Positions 45,015 to 55,669 of a DNA stretch of 64,000 nucleotides are shown here, one piece after another. Numbering within the stretch: the stretch's first letter is position 1; the number at the start of each line of letters is the position of its first letter. The notes below the pieces were generated by a model. That model had not been told where the DNA came from, did not search any database, and worked only from the letters and a program-made list of their open reading frames with translations. Location of the stretch: the NCBI GenBank assembly GCA_040901675.1, contig JBBDYJ010000025.1, positions 322,937 to 386,936 of the forward strand. Reading direction: 5' to 3'. Both the position numbers and the translations under genes were made by a program. This DNA is from Pirellulales bacterium (GTDB taxonomy: Bacteria; Planctomycetota; Planctomycetia; Pirellulales; JAICIG01).

Positions 45015-46145
45015 TTAGTCGCAAAGCTCCCGGTAGTGCTGAGCGAGAACGGCAGCAGTCCGGCGGACGTCGAAGACGGCTTCGGCCTGATGCCGGTTGG
45101 ACTGGCCGAGGAGTCGGCGCTGTTGGGGGTCGTCCAGCAGACGGCGGGCGGCCAGAGCCAGTGCCTGCGGATCGCCAGGGCGGACGAGGCAAGCCGGCCA
45201 CGATTCCGCCGCAAGGATCTCGCGCGTGCCGCCCACGTCGCTGGCCACCATGGCCAGCTCGGCGGCGGCCGCTTCGAGCAGCACGCGGCCCAGAGGCTCC
45301 TGGCGGGCGGGATGGATCAGCAAGGTCAACTCGTTCAGCAGCTCGGCAACGTAATCGACCGTGCCTAGAAAGTGTACTCGCCGGGAGAGCCCGGCGGCAG
45401 CAAAAGTCGCGTGGAGCTGGGCCTCGTAGCGCACAGCCTCCTCTTTGACCGAGTAGCGGCTGCCGGCGATGACCCAGTGCAGGTGCGGCACGTCGGACAG
45501 CATGGCGGCGGCCTGGGCCAGGATGTCGTGTCCCTTGCGCATCACGAGCTGGCCGATCGTGCCCACCAGCACGGCTTGAGGCGGAAGGCCGAGCCTGGCG
45601 TGCAGCCAGCCGGTCGGCCGGCGCGGCTGGAACCGTTGGAGGTCGACGCCGTTATGGAGCACGAATGTCTTTTCGGCCGACACGCCTTGAGCCAGGTGAT
45701 AGTCGCGGGTGGCTTGCGACACGGCGAGCAAGCGGCGATGAGCGTTCAACTGCTCGACGCCCGGCCGGCTGAGCCGCACAATGTCGCGCAGGTGCGCCAG
45801 GCTTGGCAAGCCCAGTTCGGCGGCCACGGGGCCCGCCAGGCGGGCCATGGAGAGGCTGTTGGCGTGCACGAGCGCGGGCCGGCGTGTGCCGAGCAGGTGG
45901 GCAAGACGCTGCCGCAAGACACTGCGCCAGGAGCGGGAGCCGGCGTGGGACACGGCGCGGGACCCTGCCTCGAAGGCAATCACTTCGACGTCCTGCTGGG
46001 CGAGGGCCGAGGCAAGCGGACCTGAAGGAGGCGCCAGGGCGACGATCTCAAAACCTTCCGCCTGCAATCCGGGAAGGGCCGCCAGGGCCGACCGTTCGCC
46101 GCCGTTGAGCGTGGCGTGTTCGCAAAGCAGCACGACTTCAGGCAT
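45015..46145 (-). CDS. Glycosyltransferase family 4
   Basis: GGER, HNGVD, RKGH, EPLGRVLLEA, DVGGTRE; likely start MPEVV. Confidence 0.88.
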   Translation of the reverse strand: MPEVVLLCEHATLNGGERSALAALPGLQAEGFEIVALAPPSGPLASALAQQDVEVIAFEAGSRAVSHAGSRSWRSVLRQRLAHLLGTRRPALVHANSLSMARLAGPVAAELGLPSLAHLRDIVRLSRPGVEQLNAHRRLLAVSQATRDYHLAQGVSAEKTFVLHNGVDLQRFQPRRPTGWLHARLGLPPQAVLVGTIGQLVMRKGHDILAQAAAMLSDVPHLHWVIAGSRYSVKEEAVRYEAQLHATFAAAGLSRRVHFLGTVDYVAELLNELTLLIHPARQEPLGRVLLEAAAAELAMVASDVGGTREILAAESWPACLVRPGDPQALALAARRLLDDPQQRRLLGQSNRHQAEAVFDVRRTAAVLAQHYRELCD

Positions 46146-46302
46146 GCGAGGCAACGACCGACGGTCGGTGAGGCGATCTTGGCGTGCCACTGCTTGGAGG
46201 TCCCGACGTGTCGGGACCGAGAAGCAGTGCTGCCGGTTACACACGAGAGAAATCCAGCGCCCCCGCGCGCGGCAGGCCCTGACCGGCTCCAGCAACCATG
46301 GC

Positions 46303-47190
46303 TCACAACAGGCCGTAGGCGGTGAGCGTGGCCCGCAAGCGCGTTTCTTCGCCGGCCGAGAGCGGGGTCATCGGCATCCGCAGTTCGCCCGTGTCGCGGC
46401 CGAGGACCTTCATAGCAGACTTGACCGGGATCGGATTGGTGGCCAGGCCCAGCATCTCGCGGCAAAGTGGGAACAGCTTGCGGTGCCAGCGTTGGGCCTC
46501 GGCCAGCTTGCCCGACTCAAAGGCCTTGAGCAAAGCGAGCATGTCCTTGGGCACGATGTTGCCGACGACCGAGATCACGCCCCGGCCGCCGATGGCCAGC
46601 AAGGGAAGCGTGAGACTGTCGTCGCCGCTAAGCAGGGTGAGGTTGGTCAGAGCCAGAATCTGCGAGGCCTGGTCCATGGATCCGGTGGCTTCCTTGACCA
46701 GGGCGATGTTCTCCAGCTCGGCCATGCGGGCGATGGTCTCGGGCTCGATGTTCTTGCCCGTTCGGCCGGGAATGTTGTAGACGCAGATCGGGATGCCGAC
46801 CTCCTCGGCCAGCGCCTTGAAGTGCAGGAAGAAGCCGTCCTGGGTCGGCTTGTTGTAGTAGGGGGCGACGACCAGGGCGGCGTCGGCGCCGGCCTTGGCC
46901 GCCCAGCGCGTCAGGCGCAGGGCCTCGCGCGTGCTGTTCGAGCCGGTGCCCGGCATGACCTTGATGCGGCCGGCGGCGAACTCGACCGTGGAGGAAATGA
47001 CCCGCTCGTGCTCCTCGTGCGACAGCGTGGGCGATTCGCCCGTAGTGCCGACCGGGCAGAGGCAACGGGTGCCGGCGGCCACCTGGAATTCGACCTGTTC
47101 GCGCAAGGCTTGGTAATCCACCTCGCCGTCGCGAAAGGGAGTGGTCAGGGCGACGGACAGGCCGGCGAATGCTTCGCCTTTGGTCGGCAT
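46303..47190 (-). CDS. dapA: 4-hydroxy-tetrahydrodipicolinate synthase
   Basis: GTTGES, PYYNKP, YNIPGRT, VKEATG, LSGDD, NPIPVK. Confidence 0.96.
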   Translation of the reverse strand: MPTKGEAFAGLSVALTTPFRDGEVDYQALREQVEFQVAAGTRCLCPVGTTGESPTLSHEEHERVISSTVEFAAGRIKVMPGTGSNSTREALRLTRWAAKAGADAALVVAPYYNKPTQDGFFLHFKALAEEVGIPICVYNIPGRTGKNIEPETIARMAELENIALVKEATGSMDQASQILALTNLTLLSGDDSLTLPLLAIGGRGVISVVGNIVPKDMLALLKAFESGKLAEAQRWHRKLFPLCREMLGLATNPIPVKSAMKVLGRDTGELRMPMTPLSAGEETRLRATLTAYGLL

Positions 47191-47363
47191 CAGGGCGACT
47201 CCAGAATCGTTGGATCGATGGGCATCCAGGCAGCCAAGGTAAAGCGCGCGTCTGAGAGGCCGGCGGGCAGGCGCCCGCGTATCAGCCCCTGGCAGGCATG
47301 ATAAGACACCTTGCTCGATTGTGCAAAGGGCCGGTGAGCCAGGAACAATCTGCCTGCACGGGC

Positions 47364-48077
47364 TCAGGCGATGAGTTGTTTCATTTCGCGGACCGCCTGT
47401 TGAAAGCCGACCCAGAGGGCGCGGGCCACGATGCTGTGTCCGATGTTCAGTTCGCAGACGCCGGGAAGCTCGGCCACAGGCCGCACGTTGCGATACGTGA
47501 GTCCGTGGCCGGCGTGCAGCACGGCGCCGCGGGCCACGACGGTGTCGCCGGCTCGGCGCAGCTTGTCGATTTCGGCTCGGCGGGCCTGCTCGCCGCCGGC
47601 CAGGGCATACTGTCCCGTGTGCAGCTCGACCGCGTCGGCGCCCAGGTCGAGGCCGGCTTCAATCTGGCGCGGGTCGGGATCGAGAAACAGGCTCACGATG
47701 ATCCCCGCGTCGCGCAGCCGCTCGACGGCTTCGGCCAGGCGGTCCCGCCGGCCAACAACGTCCAGGCCTCCCTCGGTGGTCACTTCCTGCCGGTTCTCCG
47801 GCACGAGGGTCGCCTGGTCGGGCCTGGTGCGGCAGGCGATGTCGATCACCTCGTCGGCGCAAGCCAGCTCCAGGTTGAGCTTGACCGTGACCGTTTCCCG
47901 CAGCAATCGCAGATCGCGGTCCTGGATGTGGCGCCGGTCTTCGCGGAGATGGATGGTGATGCCGTCGGCCCCGCCCAGCTCGGCCAAGGCGGCCGCCCAA
48001 ACGGGATCGGGCTCGATCGTGCGGCGCGCCTGCCGGACGGTGGCTACATGATCGATGTTGACGCCAAGGTGAGCCAT
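47364..48077 (-). CDS. pdxJ: Pyridoxine 5'-phosphate synthase
   Basis: [50 protein letters not shown]. Confidence 0.96.
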   Translation of the reverse strand: MAHLGVNIDHVATVRQARRTIEPDPVWAAALAELGGADGITIHLREDRRHIQDRDLRLLRETVTVKLNLELACADEVIDIACRTRPDQATLVPENRQEVTTEGGLDVVGRRDRLAEAVERLRDAGIIVSLFLDPDPRQIEAGLDLGADAVELHTGQYALAGGEQARRAEIDKLRRAGDTVVARGAVLHAGHGLTYRNVRPVAELPGVCELNIGHSIVARALWVGFQQAVREMKQLIA

Positions 48078-48336
48078 GGAGCAACCGCGGAAGCACGCTG
48101 GCTGGTTGGCCGCGATCTGGGCGGTAAGGTTTCCTGGTTCAAAGTAGCCCTCACGCTCCGCGTGAGGCGGCTCGTCACGCCCCAGCGCGACGGCGACTGA
48201 AAGAGGGCGGCACAACCACCGTTGGACGATTATAACTGACGCATCACGGGGCCGCCAAACCGGCCGCAATGCTACGGCAAAGCTCTCGCACCGCCGCCCG
48301 CTCGAGCCGGCAGGCAATAAGGAGACAGACACACTC

Positions 48337-48525
48337 GTGGACGCCACCCGTTGGATCACCGTTTGCGCTTTGACACTCTTTCTGGCCGAGGGGTTCGCAC
48401 TGAGCGTCTTTCCGCGGCAAAGCCAGCAGCTCTTCACCGAAGCCGACCCGCGCATGCTGCAGTTGGCCGGCCTGGTCGAAACGCTGCTCGCCGCTGGTCT
48501 GATGGCGGGGATTCTGGCGGGTTGA
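48337..48525 (+). CDS. DUF2065-like small membrane protein
   Basis: AGGAG RBS; L.LFLAEG....FP...L..AG pattern with two hydrophobic helices. Confidence 0.7.
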   Translation: MDATRWITVCALTLFLAEGFALSVFPRQSQQLFTEADPRMLQLAGLVETLLAAGLMAGILAG

Positions 48526-48809
48526 TCCATACAGCCGGTGCAACCGGGCCCGGTCCGGCCCCAGTCGAACTGGGCCGCCCTCGGTTGCCTGGCCGGCGCC
48601 AAAGTTGAGCTAAAGTTTCCCTGACGGGCGGACGACCGGCCGGCAACCAGTGACCAGGCATCGACTCCCAGGCCGCACTCGCGGCGGAATCACTTCCGGG
48701 GAGACCGGGCCTTGTGGAAGCCGGATCCGACTGAAACATATCCCAACGGCGACAGGCTGGAAGCCTACGGATGGCGACAGGCTGGAAGCCTATCCTACGG
48801 AGCGGCACC

Positions 48810-49148
48810 ATGATGACTTGCCAAGACCTGGCTGCTCGAATCCAAAAGATCCAACCGGCGGCGGTGCCCCGCGACGTGGCGCGGCTCTGCCTGCTGTTGA
48901 CCAACCTCGTCGACGACGTGGCGGCCCTGGAAGACGAGAGGCGACTGGCCGAAGCCTGGAAGCAGACGGGTTTGAGATTGCAGGCGGCCACCGACCAGCA
49001 CGCCGCCATGACGCAAGAATTGGAACGGCTGGCCCAGTCGGACCCGGAAAAGTTCACGCCAGATCAGATCTGGGTGCTGGTACGGGCCATCAAGGTGCAA
49101 AGCCAGGTGCTGTCGCTCTACGTGGGGCAGCCGCCGCTGGACGTGTAG
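48810..49148 (+). CDS. Hypothetical helical protein
   Basis: GGAG RBS, host-like codon use; preceded by a REP doublet GCGACAGGCTGGAAGCCTA. Confidence 0.7.
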   Translation: MMTCQDLAARIQKIQPAAVPRDVARLCLLLTNLVDDVAALEDERRLAEAWKQTGLRLQAATDQHAAMTQELERLAQSDPEKFTPDQIWVLVRAIKVQSQVLSLYVGQPPLDV

Positions 49149-49149
49149 C

Positions 49150-50568
49150 CTAGCGGACCCCCACACCGGGCACGGCGGCTGAGCAGTGGGGTGTAAAAAA
49201 GCTGCTGAGCATTTCGCCATGGGCGGCAAAGTTCAGGTGCAGCCGGCTGCCGAGCACCTGGTAACGGCCCACCAGATCCAGGGCATGCTCCGGCTCGGCC
49301 AGGTGGCTGGCCAATGGGCCGGCCGGCTCCAACAGCCAATTGGTGTTGAGGTACCCGCGCAGGCGGGTGCCCGCGTCTCCCAGCCAGTTCCCCTGCCGCA
49401 ACGTGACCTCGACCGCGCGGACGCGAGCCGGCCGAGGGTTCAAACGCGCCACGGCCGGCAGCGCGCCCACCATCGGAAACCGGCTGCCGCTGGGGGTCTC
49501 GAGGTACTGGCACAGGTATGCCAGTCCCCCGCCTTCTGCATAAACCCGGCGCCCGGCGCTGATGTGGCTGCGCAGCGCCGACAGCATGCAGTGGTTGCCG
49601 GTCAGGGCCTCGGCGAACAGCTCCGGGTGGCCGCAGCCCATGTAGACCACGTCGACGTCATGCGGCAGCGCTTCGTCGCGCAATGGGGAAAAGTCGAGCA
49701 CCTTGGCTCCCTGCACCTCGAGCAGGTCCAAGGTGTCGGGAAAATAGCAATTGAACGCCGTGTCGTATGCCACGGCCACGGTCAGCCGGCGCGACGGCGG
49801 CGCGGGATGCGGCTCAAGGAACAGGTGCGGCCGCACCGGCGGCATTTCGCGGCGGGCAGCCAGGTCCATGATCCGCCGCGGATCGGCGTAGGGCCGGAAC
49901 TGATCGGCCAGTTCTTGGCACAGCTCGCGCGGCGGAGCCGTGCCGCGGGGCAGGCGCGTGACCGCCTGCCGCAGCTCGGGCAAATAGGCCAGCGCGCCCA
50001 GCACCGGTACGTCCCACAGCGCTTCGAGCGTGGTCTGCAGGTGATATGCCTGGCCGGGTCCACGGACCCGGTCCAAAAGCAATCCGTCGATCTGCGCGGG
50101 CCGCTCCGGCACCAGGCAAGTCTGGATGCGCGAGGCGTCCAGCACCACCAGCCGCGGCAGGTCGAGCCAGTCGCAAAGTGTATCGAGCTTGCTCCCCTCT
50201 TGGGCACTCTTCTCTTCGGCGCCCCCCTCGGCGGCCGTTTCGCCGAACGGATGCCCCGAGCAAGCGCTGGCGGCATGCCGGTCGTGCGACGCAAATCGGC
50301 CCTCCACCAAGGCCAAATCAGTGGCCGCGCAGCCGTGAATGAACATCTCCCGGCAGACCTCGCGCGACATCAGCCAGCTATCGAGGTGCCGCGAGTCGAG
50401 CCCCGTTACCGGCAGGGCCGCATTCAAGGGCGAAAAGCAAGCACGCGAGTGAAAATGCTGGACCTGGCTGCCGGCCGCAACCAGCAGCTCCATCAAGGCC
50501 CATGAGATCGGCTGAGTGTCTGCTTCCGCTTGGATCGTTCCAATGGCGAGTCGCGGCAGCCGTAACAT
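49150..50568 (-). CDS. Cobyrinate a,c-diamide synthase (CobB/CbiA)-like protein with degenerate catalytic motifs
   Basis: SRHLDSWLM, LVEG, AVAYDTAFNCYFPD, FSPLRDEALP, GHPELFA; YAEGGG in place of YAECGG. Confidence 0.8.
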   Translation of the reverse strand: MLRLPRLAIGTIQAEADTQPISWALMELLVAAGSQVQHFHSRACFSPLNAALPVTGLDSRHLDSWLMSREVCREMFIHGCAATDLALVEGRFASHDRHAASACSGHPFGETAAEGGAEEKSAQEGSKLDTLCDWLDLPRLVVLDASRIQTCLVPERPAQIDGLLLDRVRGPGQAYHLQTTLEALWDVPVLGALAYLPELRQAVTRLPRGTAPPRELCQELADQFRPYADPRRIMDLAARREMPPVRPHLFLEPHPAPPSRRLTVAVAYDTAFNCYFPDTLDLLEVQGAKVLDFSPLRDEALPHDVDVVYMGCGHPELFAEALTGNHCMLSALRSHISAGRRVYAEGGGLAYLCQYLETPSGSRFPMVGALPAVARLNPRPARVRAVEVTLRQGNWLGDAGTRLRGYLNTNWLLEPAGPLASHLAEPEHALDLVGRYQVLGSRLHLNFAAHGEMLSSFFTPHCSAAVPGVGVR

Positions 50569-51034
50569 GCGGAATGATCCCTCACGATTGGCTTGGCGTG
50601 ATCATTTCGGCAAACGCTCTGCCACGACCCAACCTGCCCCGCTCGAGCGGTCGCTGGGAGCCGGAACCATGATAAAACTCGGCGACGCAATGCGGAAAAA
50701 CAAGCCAATCTCCGCGGTCAACGGAAACACAATCAAACGGCCTGGCCGAACTGGAGGCGACGGCGATCTGATTTCAATTTGTCAGCCGGACCGGTTGTCG
50801 TCGCCCAACGGGTCAACGAAGTTCAATGCATTCTTAGCCCCGTCCATGGGGGAGTCAAGACGCGCCCACCCCCCCAAAGAATGTAAACCGCACTTCGCCG
50901 GCCACCGCCGCCGAGGGAGATGGGCCGGCTGGGCCGGACCGGGGGCCGCAATCGCCACATAATCGATCTATTCAGTCCCGCAAAGCCCGCGGTACGGCCG
51001 CGGCCGGCCAGGCCCCCGCGGCCGAACAGCGCGA

Positions 51035-51077
51035 AAAAAAGGGTCCCTCGCGGCCTGTCGGCCGAGGGGACCCTTTC
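51035..51077 (-). terminator. Intrinsic terminator downstream of degP
   Basis: AAAGGGTCCC(T)CG...CGAGGGGACCCTTT hairpin with a 7-A run on + (U-run on -). Confidence 0.75.
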
Positions 51078-51123
51078 GATTTGAGACTGGCCGCGGACGC
51101 GACGAGTTGCCGCCCGCCCAGCA

Positions 51124-52728
51124 TTACTCCCTTTCGAGCACGACGAAACGATTTCCGGCCTGCGTGCGGACGTGCAGCAGAACGCCTTGGTCGAGCGACT
51201 CTTTCCGAATCGCCTTCGTGAACTCGTCCACGCTTGTCACCGTCTGCCTGCCGACCTTGAGGATCAGCATGCCTTCCGAGAGGCCAACCAGGTCGGCCGG
51301 GCTGTCGGATTCGACGCCCGAGACGAGCACGCCTTCCCGGCCTTCGAAGCCGAGTTGTTGGGCCGTCTCGTCAGTGAGTTCGGCGACCTCGAGTCCGAGG
51401 TCGTTGTCGGCATAACCTTCGTCGTCGGCCGGCCGCTCCTGCGGCTCCTCGTCAGCCAAGCCGGCCGCGCGAGGCCCGCGGCTGGGCAGCGGCTTGACCA
51501 TGACCTGGAGCTGGCGCTCGCGGCCGTCGCGTACCACGGTCACGCGCTCGCGGGAGTTGATCTCGGTCCGCTCGACCAGCTCCTGCAAATCGCGCGGCGT
51601 GCTGACTCGCTTGCCCGCATATTCCGTAATGACGTCGCCGGCCTCGAAACCCGCCTCGGCGGCAGGCGTGCCCGGAAGCACTTCGGCCACCAGCACACCC
51701 GCCCGCCGGCCGACGCCGAGCTGCTCGGCCAGCGCGGTGTTGGTCTCCTGGATGTTTACGCCAAGGTAGCCCCGCTGAACCGAACCCGTCTCGATCAGTT
51801 GCGACATGACCCAGCGGGCCACGCTGCTTGGTATGGCGAAGCCGATTCCCTGGAAGCTGCCGCTGCTGGAGGCGATCGCCGTGTTGATGCCGACCACTTC
51901 GCCGTCCAGGTTCACCAGCGGCCCGCCGGAGTTGCCGGGGTTGATGGCCGCGTCGGTCTGCAGGAAGCGAGTCCTCTGGTTGGAGAGCAGCTCGCGGCCC
52001 GCATTGCTGATGATGCCCGCGCTGACCGTGGAGCTGAGGTTGAAGGGGGTTCCAATGGCGATCACCCAGTCGCCGACTTGAAGCTGGCTGGAGTCGCCCA
52101 GGCGGGCCGCGGGCAACGACTCGGGGGCCTTGATTCGCAGCACGGCCAGGTCGGTTTCGGGATCGGTCTTGATGTCGCTGGCCTTGAATTCGCGGCCATC
52201 GGCCAATTGCACGATCACTTCGTCGGCGCCCTGGACCACGTGGTTGTTGGTCAACACGATGCCGCTTGGATCGACGACCACGCCGGAACCCATGCCCTGC
52301 TGGCGGGGAGTGAAGCGGCGCCCGTCGGGGACGTTAGGCCCAAAGAACAAGTCGTCGTCGTTGAAAAAATCCTCGAAGGGGGTCCCTTCAAAGGGGTTCA
52401 CCCGCTGAGACCGCCGGTTGCCGCGCCGGTCGCCGCCGCGAAACTCGCGGGGTTTGGTCGTGGTTCGGATGGATACCACGGTGGGCACCGCGACTTCGGC
52501 CGCGTGGCGGAACGCTTCCGACAGCGAATGGGCCTGGCGCTTGGCGCCGTTCGAAGCCGACTGGCGGTCGCGCTGGGAAGATCGCTGGGAGGATCGCTGC
52601 TGGGAGGCCCCCGGGTCGCGGTCCTGGGCCGTGGTGTTGCTTTGCCAGGCGGTTGCTCCCAAGGCGGTGACGACCGCCAAGACCGAGGCGACCGCCACCT
52701 GCCGTCCGCGATTCTTCAGTCGCTGCAT
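51124..52728 (-). CDS. degP: DegP/HtrA (Do family) serine endopeptidase with two PDZ domains
   Basis: GSGV, TNNHVV, TDLAVL, QTDAAINPGNSGGPL, GIGFAIP; AGGAG RBS before MQRLK. Confidence 0.92.
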   Translation of the reverse strand: MQRLKNRGRQVAVASVLAVVTALGATAWQSNTTAQDRDPGASQQRSSQRSSQRDRQSASNGAKRQAHSLSEAFRHAAEVAVPTVVSIRTTTKPREFRGGDRRGNRRSQRVNPFEGTPFEDFFNDDDLFFGPNVPDGRRFTPRQQGMGSGVVVDPSGIVLTNNHVVQGADEVIVQLADGREFKASDIKTDPETDLAVLRIKAPESLPAARLGDSSQLQVGDWVIAIGTPFNLSSTVSAGIISNAGRELLSNQRTRFLQTDAAINPGNSGGPLVNLDGEVVGINTAIASSSGSFQGIGFAIPSSVARWVMSQLIETGSVQRGYLGVNIQETNTALAEQLGVGRRAGVLVAEVLPGTPAAEAGFEAGDVITEYAGKRVSTPRDLQELVERTEINSRERVTVVRDGRERQLQVMVKPLPSRGPRAAGLADEEPQERPADDEGYADNDLGLEVAELTDETAQQLGFEGREGVLVSGVESDSPADLVGLSEGMLILKVGRQTVTSVDEFTKAIRKESLDQGVLLHVRTQAGNRFVVLERE

Positions 52729-53021
52729 GCTGCTTCTCCTTTTAAGTATATGTATACGGTGGTCTGCTTCGAACCGTCCAGGGGTCCCCCCGCGCCGCGA
52801 CGAGGCCCTCCTGCCGGTTACGCAAGGACCTTTCAACGGGTTCGCTTCAGGTTGGTTGCCATGGCCGCATTTTTCTTGCCAGCCGGCCACGATGTGGCGG
52901 GCACAGCGGTTGCCCGCTCGAAAGGGCAGCGCCAGGCGGGGCTCGCATTGAAAAAACTGCTGATGGGTGTTAGGGTTATGTCTTCAAGCAGGGGTGCCAC
53001 AGGTAACCCGCAAGGCCTGGC

Positions 53022-53756
53022 ATGAGCCAACTATCCGAACCCGAAATGGCCGACCTTCGGCTGAACCTGGAGCGCTGCGAGCGGCGGATCGGCTATGTGT
53101 TCAAGGACAAGTCGCTGCTGCACGCGGCCTTGACGCACGCCTCCGGGGCGAGCCACCGGCTGGTTTCGAACGAGCGGCTGGAGTTTTTGGGGGATGCGAT
53201 CCTGGGGGCGGTCGTCTGCGAGGTGCTCTACAAGCAGTACCCCGAACACCTGGAGGGTGACCTCACCAAGATCAAGTCGGTGGTCGTCAGCCGCCAGACC
53301 TGCGCCAAGATCAGCGAAGCGCTGGGGCTGGAAAAGTTCCTGCTGCTGGGAAAGGGGATGACCACCCACCCCTCCGTGCCGCCTTCGCTGCTGGCCGACG
53401 TGTTCGAATCGCTGGTGGCGGCCATCTATCTGGATGGCGGCGACGATGCCTCGCGGGCCTTCATCGAGACCTACATGGGCCCCGAGATCGAGCTGGCGGC
53501 CGGCGGCGACCATTCCGGCAACTACAAGTCGCTGTTGCAGCAACTGGCCCAGCGCGAGTTCGGCAATACGCCCACCTACCAACTGCTGGACGAGAAGGGG
53601 CCCGACCACAGCAAGTGCTTCAAGATGGCCGCCCAGATCGGCCGCAACCGGTTTCAACCGGCCTGGGGACGGAACAAGAAAGAGGCCGAGCAGCGCTCCG
53701 CCCGCAACGCCCTGAGCGAGTTGAACGGCGAGCCGGTGCCGTTTCCGTCGGACTGA
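53022..53756 (+). CDS. rnc: Ribonuclease III
   Basis: NERLEFLGDAILG, ADVFES, C-terminal dsRBD (NYKSLLQ...GPDH...KKEAEQ). Confidence 0.96.
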   Translation: MSQLSEPEMADLRLNLERCERRIGYVFKDKSLLHAALTHASGASHRLVSNERLEFLGDAILGAVVCEVLYKQYPEHLEGDLTKIKSVVVSRQTCAKISEALGLEKFLLLGKGMTTHPSVPPSLLADVFESLVAAIYLDGGDDASRAFIETYMGPEIELAAGGDHSGNYKSLLQQLAQREFGNTPTYQLLDEKGPDHSKCFKMAAQIGRNRFQPAWGRNKKEAEQRSARNALSELNGEPVPFPSD

Positions 53757-53845
53757 TCTCGGCGGGCAAGTATCCCGGGGGCGACGCCTTGCCTGGGAGG
53801 GGAGCACTCGCTGGGACGGAGTCGATCCGTCGGGCGCAGGCAATA

Positions 53846-53882
53846 GAAACGCCCGGCCAAAGCGGCCGGGCGCTTCTTTCTC
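53846..53882 (+). terminator. Terminator-like hairpin between rnc and the convergent Lys-rich peptide gene
   Basis: CGCCCGGCC-AAAGC-GGCCGGGCG followed by CTTCTTTCT. Confidence 0.6.
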
Positions 53883-53956
53883 GTCGTGGCAATGCGCGGC
53901 AGGCGCGCCAGGAAAGGCCCTGGCTAGCGGGCTGCCGTGGCCGCTACCGTTCGGGG

Positions 53957-54034
53957 CTACTTCTTCTTCTTGGCGGTCTTCTTCTTGGCGCCCTTCTTCT
54001 TCGTAGCTGCCTTTTTCGCTTTCTTCTTGGCCAC
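53957..54034 (-). CDS. 25-aa lysine-rich, histone-H1-tail-like peptide MAKKKAKKAATKKKGAKKKTAKKKK (absent from the ORF track)
   Basis: AGGAGG 7 nt before a GTG start; TAG stop at 53957-53959. Confidence 0.75.
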   Translation of the reverse strand: MAKKKAKKAATKKKGAKKKTAKKKK

Positions 54035-54307
54035 CTCACGTCCTCCTAACTAAAGTATCGGCGACTTCCTTGCCGCTTGCCGGGCTGGGACGGAAGCTCG
54101 ACAGGTGCGTCGCCACGGAAACGAGACAACCGATGAAACCGGGTGCTTGCCTGTTGAACAACAACTCGTTACGACAAGCGGGTTCATCGATGAGCTCTCG
54201 CGGGCTCCATGTTGCAGGCTCGCCGCGTGGTTCCAGCGGGCGTTGTGCTCGCTCGGTCCAGGCCGACGAAGACCTGATTAATGAAGTATGTTACGCATTT
54301 ATAAAAA

Positions 54308-54973
54308 ATGTGCAAGCATAATTCTTGGTCCGAGCAATATAAACTTCGCCGCGCGGCCGCCGAGCGGTTCGGGCCGATCTACGCCTTGCCCATCGTCAAG
54401 CGCGTCCGCCAGGTGCTGCTGGAGTGCGTCGACCACCAGATGCGCGTGCTCGAGGTGGGCGCGGGCGACCGCCGCATGGGCGCGCTGTTGAGCCGCGAGC
54501 GGCGCGGCGTCGAGTATCGCTCGATCGACATCGACCCCCGCGCCGAGCACGACTACCGCAGCCTCGACGAGATCGTGCACGGCTTCGATTGCGTGTTCGC
54601 CTTCGAGGTCATCGAGCACCTGGCCTTCGACGAGATCGCGCCTTGGCTCGCGCGGCTGGCCGAGCTGCTGCGGCCCGGCGGGCGATTGCTATTGAGCACG
54701 CCCAACACCTACTACCCGCCCGCCTATCTCCGCGACGCCACGCACCGCACGCCCTTGTGCTACGACGAGCTGGCCGGGATGGTCGACGCCGCCGGCCTGC
54801 GCACGACCCGCCTGGTCCGGATCTATCACGACCCCGTTCACCGCGCGCTGGCGCGGCGGTATCTGTTCGGCTGGCTCTTCCGCCTGCTCGGCCTCGACTT
54901 CGCCCGGCAGATCGTGCTGGTGGCCGAGAAGCCGCAGGCGGCTGCGGCCGAGCCTGACAAGGTCCAGAGCTAA
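54308..54973 (+). CDS. Class I SAM-dependent methyltransferase
   Basis: VLEVGAG, FEVIEHL, LRPGGRLLLSTPN. Confidence 0.88.
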   Translation: MCKHNSWSEQYKLRRAAAERFGPIYALPIVKRVRQVLLECVDHQMRVLEVGAGDRRMGALLSRERRGVEYRSIDIDPRAEHDYRSLDEIVHGFDCVFAFEVIEHLAFDEIAPWLARLAELLRPGGRLLLSTPNTYYPPAYLRDATHRTPLCYDELAGMVDAAGLRTTRLVRIYHDPVHRALARRYLFGWLFRLLGLDFARQIVLVAEKPQAAAAEPDKVQS

Positions 54974-55192
54974 GCGGGGACGTGCGCTCTGGCCATGGAG
55001 CCCCGTGGCATTAGCTAAAGGAACGGCTTTTCTCTCGCATGTACTAATGTTCACTATGCAGTCGGCGGCCGGAGGCGATAGACGGCCTAGGGCGGAAGGC
55101 TCACCGGCAGTCAACGGCCGAGCGGCCGCTCTGCCCAGGCTGGGGGTCGGCTTGTCGATTGTTGAAGTCGGCCAGCTCGACGTCAACGGGCA

Positions 55193-55669
55193 TCAAGTGG
55201 CCCGCTGCTGGTGAAGCCACCAGTCTCGAAATGCTCGCAAGCGCGGCAACGATTCCCGGTCCTTGACTCGCCCGGTGGCTTCCTTGCTGGCGATGATGTC
55301 GTCGATATGGCAGACGGGGAAACCCGCCACTTCGACGCGGCGTTGCCAGGCGTCTTCGAAGCGCTCGATGCCGTCGGGAGCAAAGACCAGGTCCAGGTCG
55401 AAGGGGCCGTTCTTCAATTGGACAAAATCCTTGCCGCGCTCGATTTCCGCGACCTGTTGATCGGTCAAGTCAAAGCCGAGCTCGCGAAGCGCGGCGGCCA
55501 ACGCGCGACCGTTTTCGGCGCTGCGCTTGACGTACAGATAGACGTCCTGCGTCGTGTCGGGAAAACCGAGGAGGATCGCTCCGGATTTGCCCAAAAACAA
55601 GTAGGCAACCTGGTGTCGCGAACAGGCGTCCCGAATTTCCTCCGCTTGCCGGTACTCAAACGCGGCCAT
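55193..55669 (-). CDS. Nucleotidyltransferase-fold protein (DUF6036-like, toxin-antitoxin type)
   Basis: YLFLGKSGAILLG...TTQDV, DIIASKEATGRVKDRESLP.L. Confidence 0.75.
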   Translation of the reverse strand: MAAFEYRQAEEIRDACSRHQVAYLFLGKSGAILLGFPDTTQDVYLYVKRSAENGRALAAALRELGFDLTDQQVAEIERGKDFVQLKNGPFDLDLVFAPDGIERFEDAWQRRVEVAGFPVCHIDDIIASKEATGRVKDRESLPRLRAFRDWWLHQQRAT

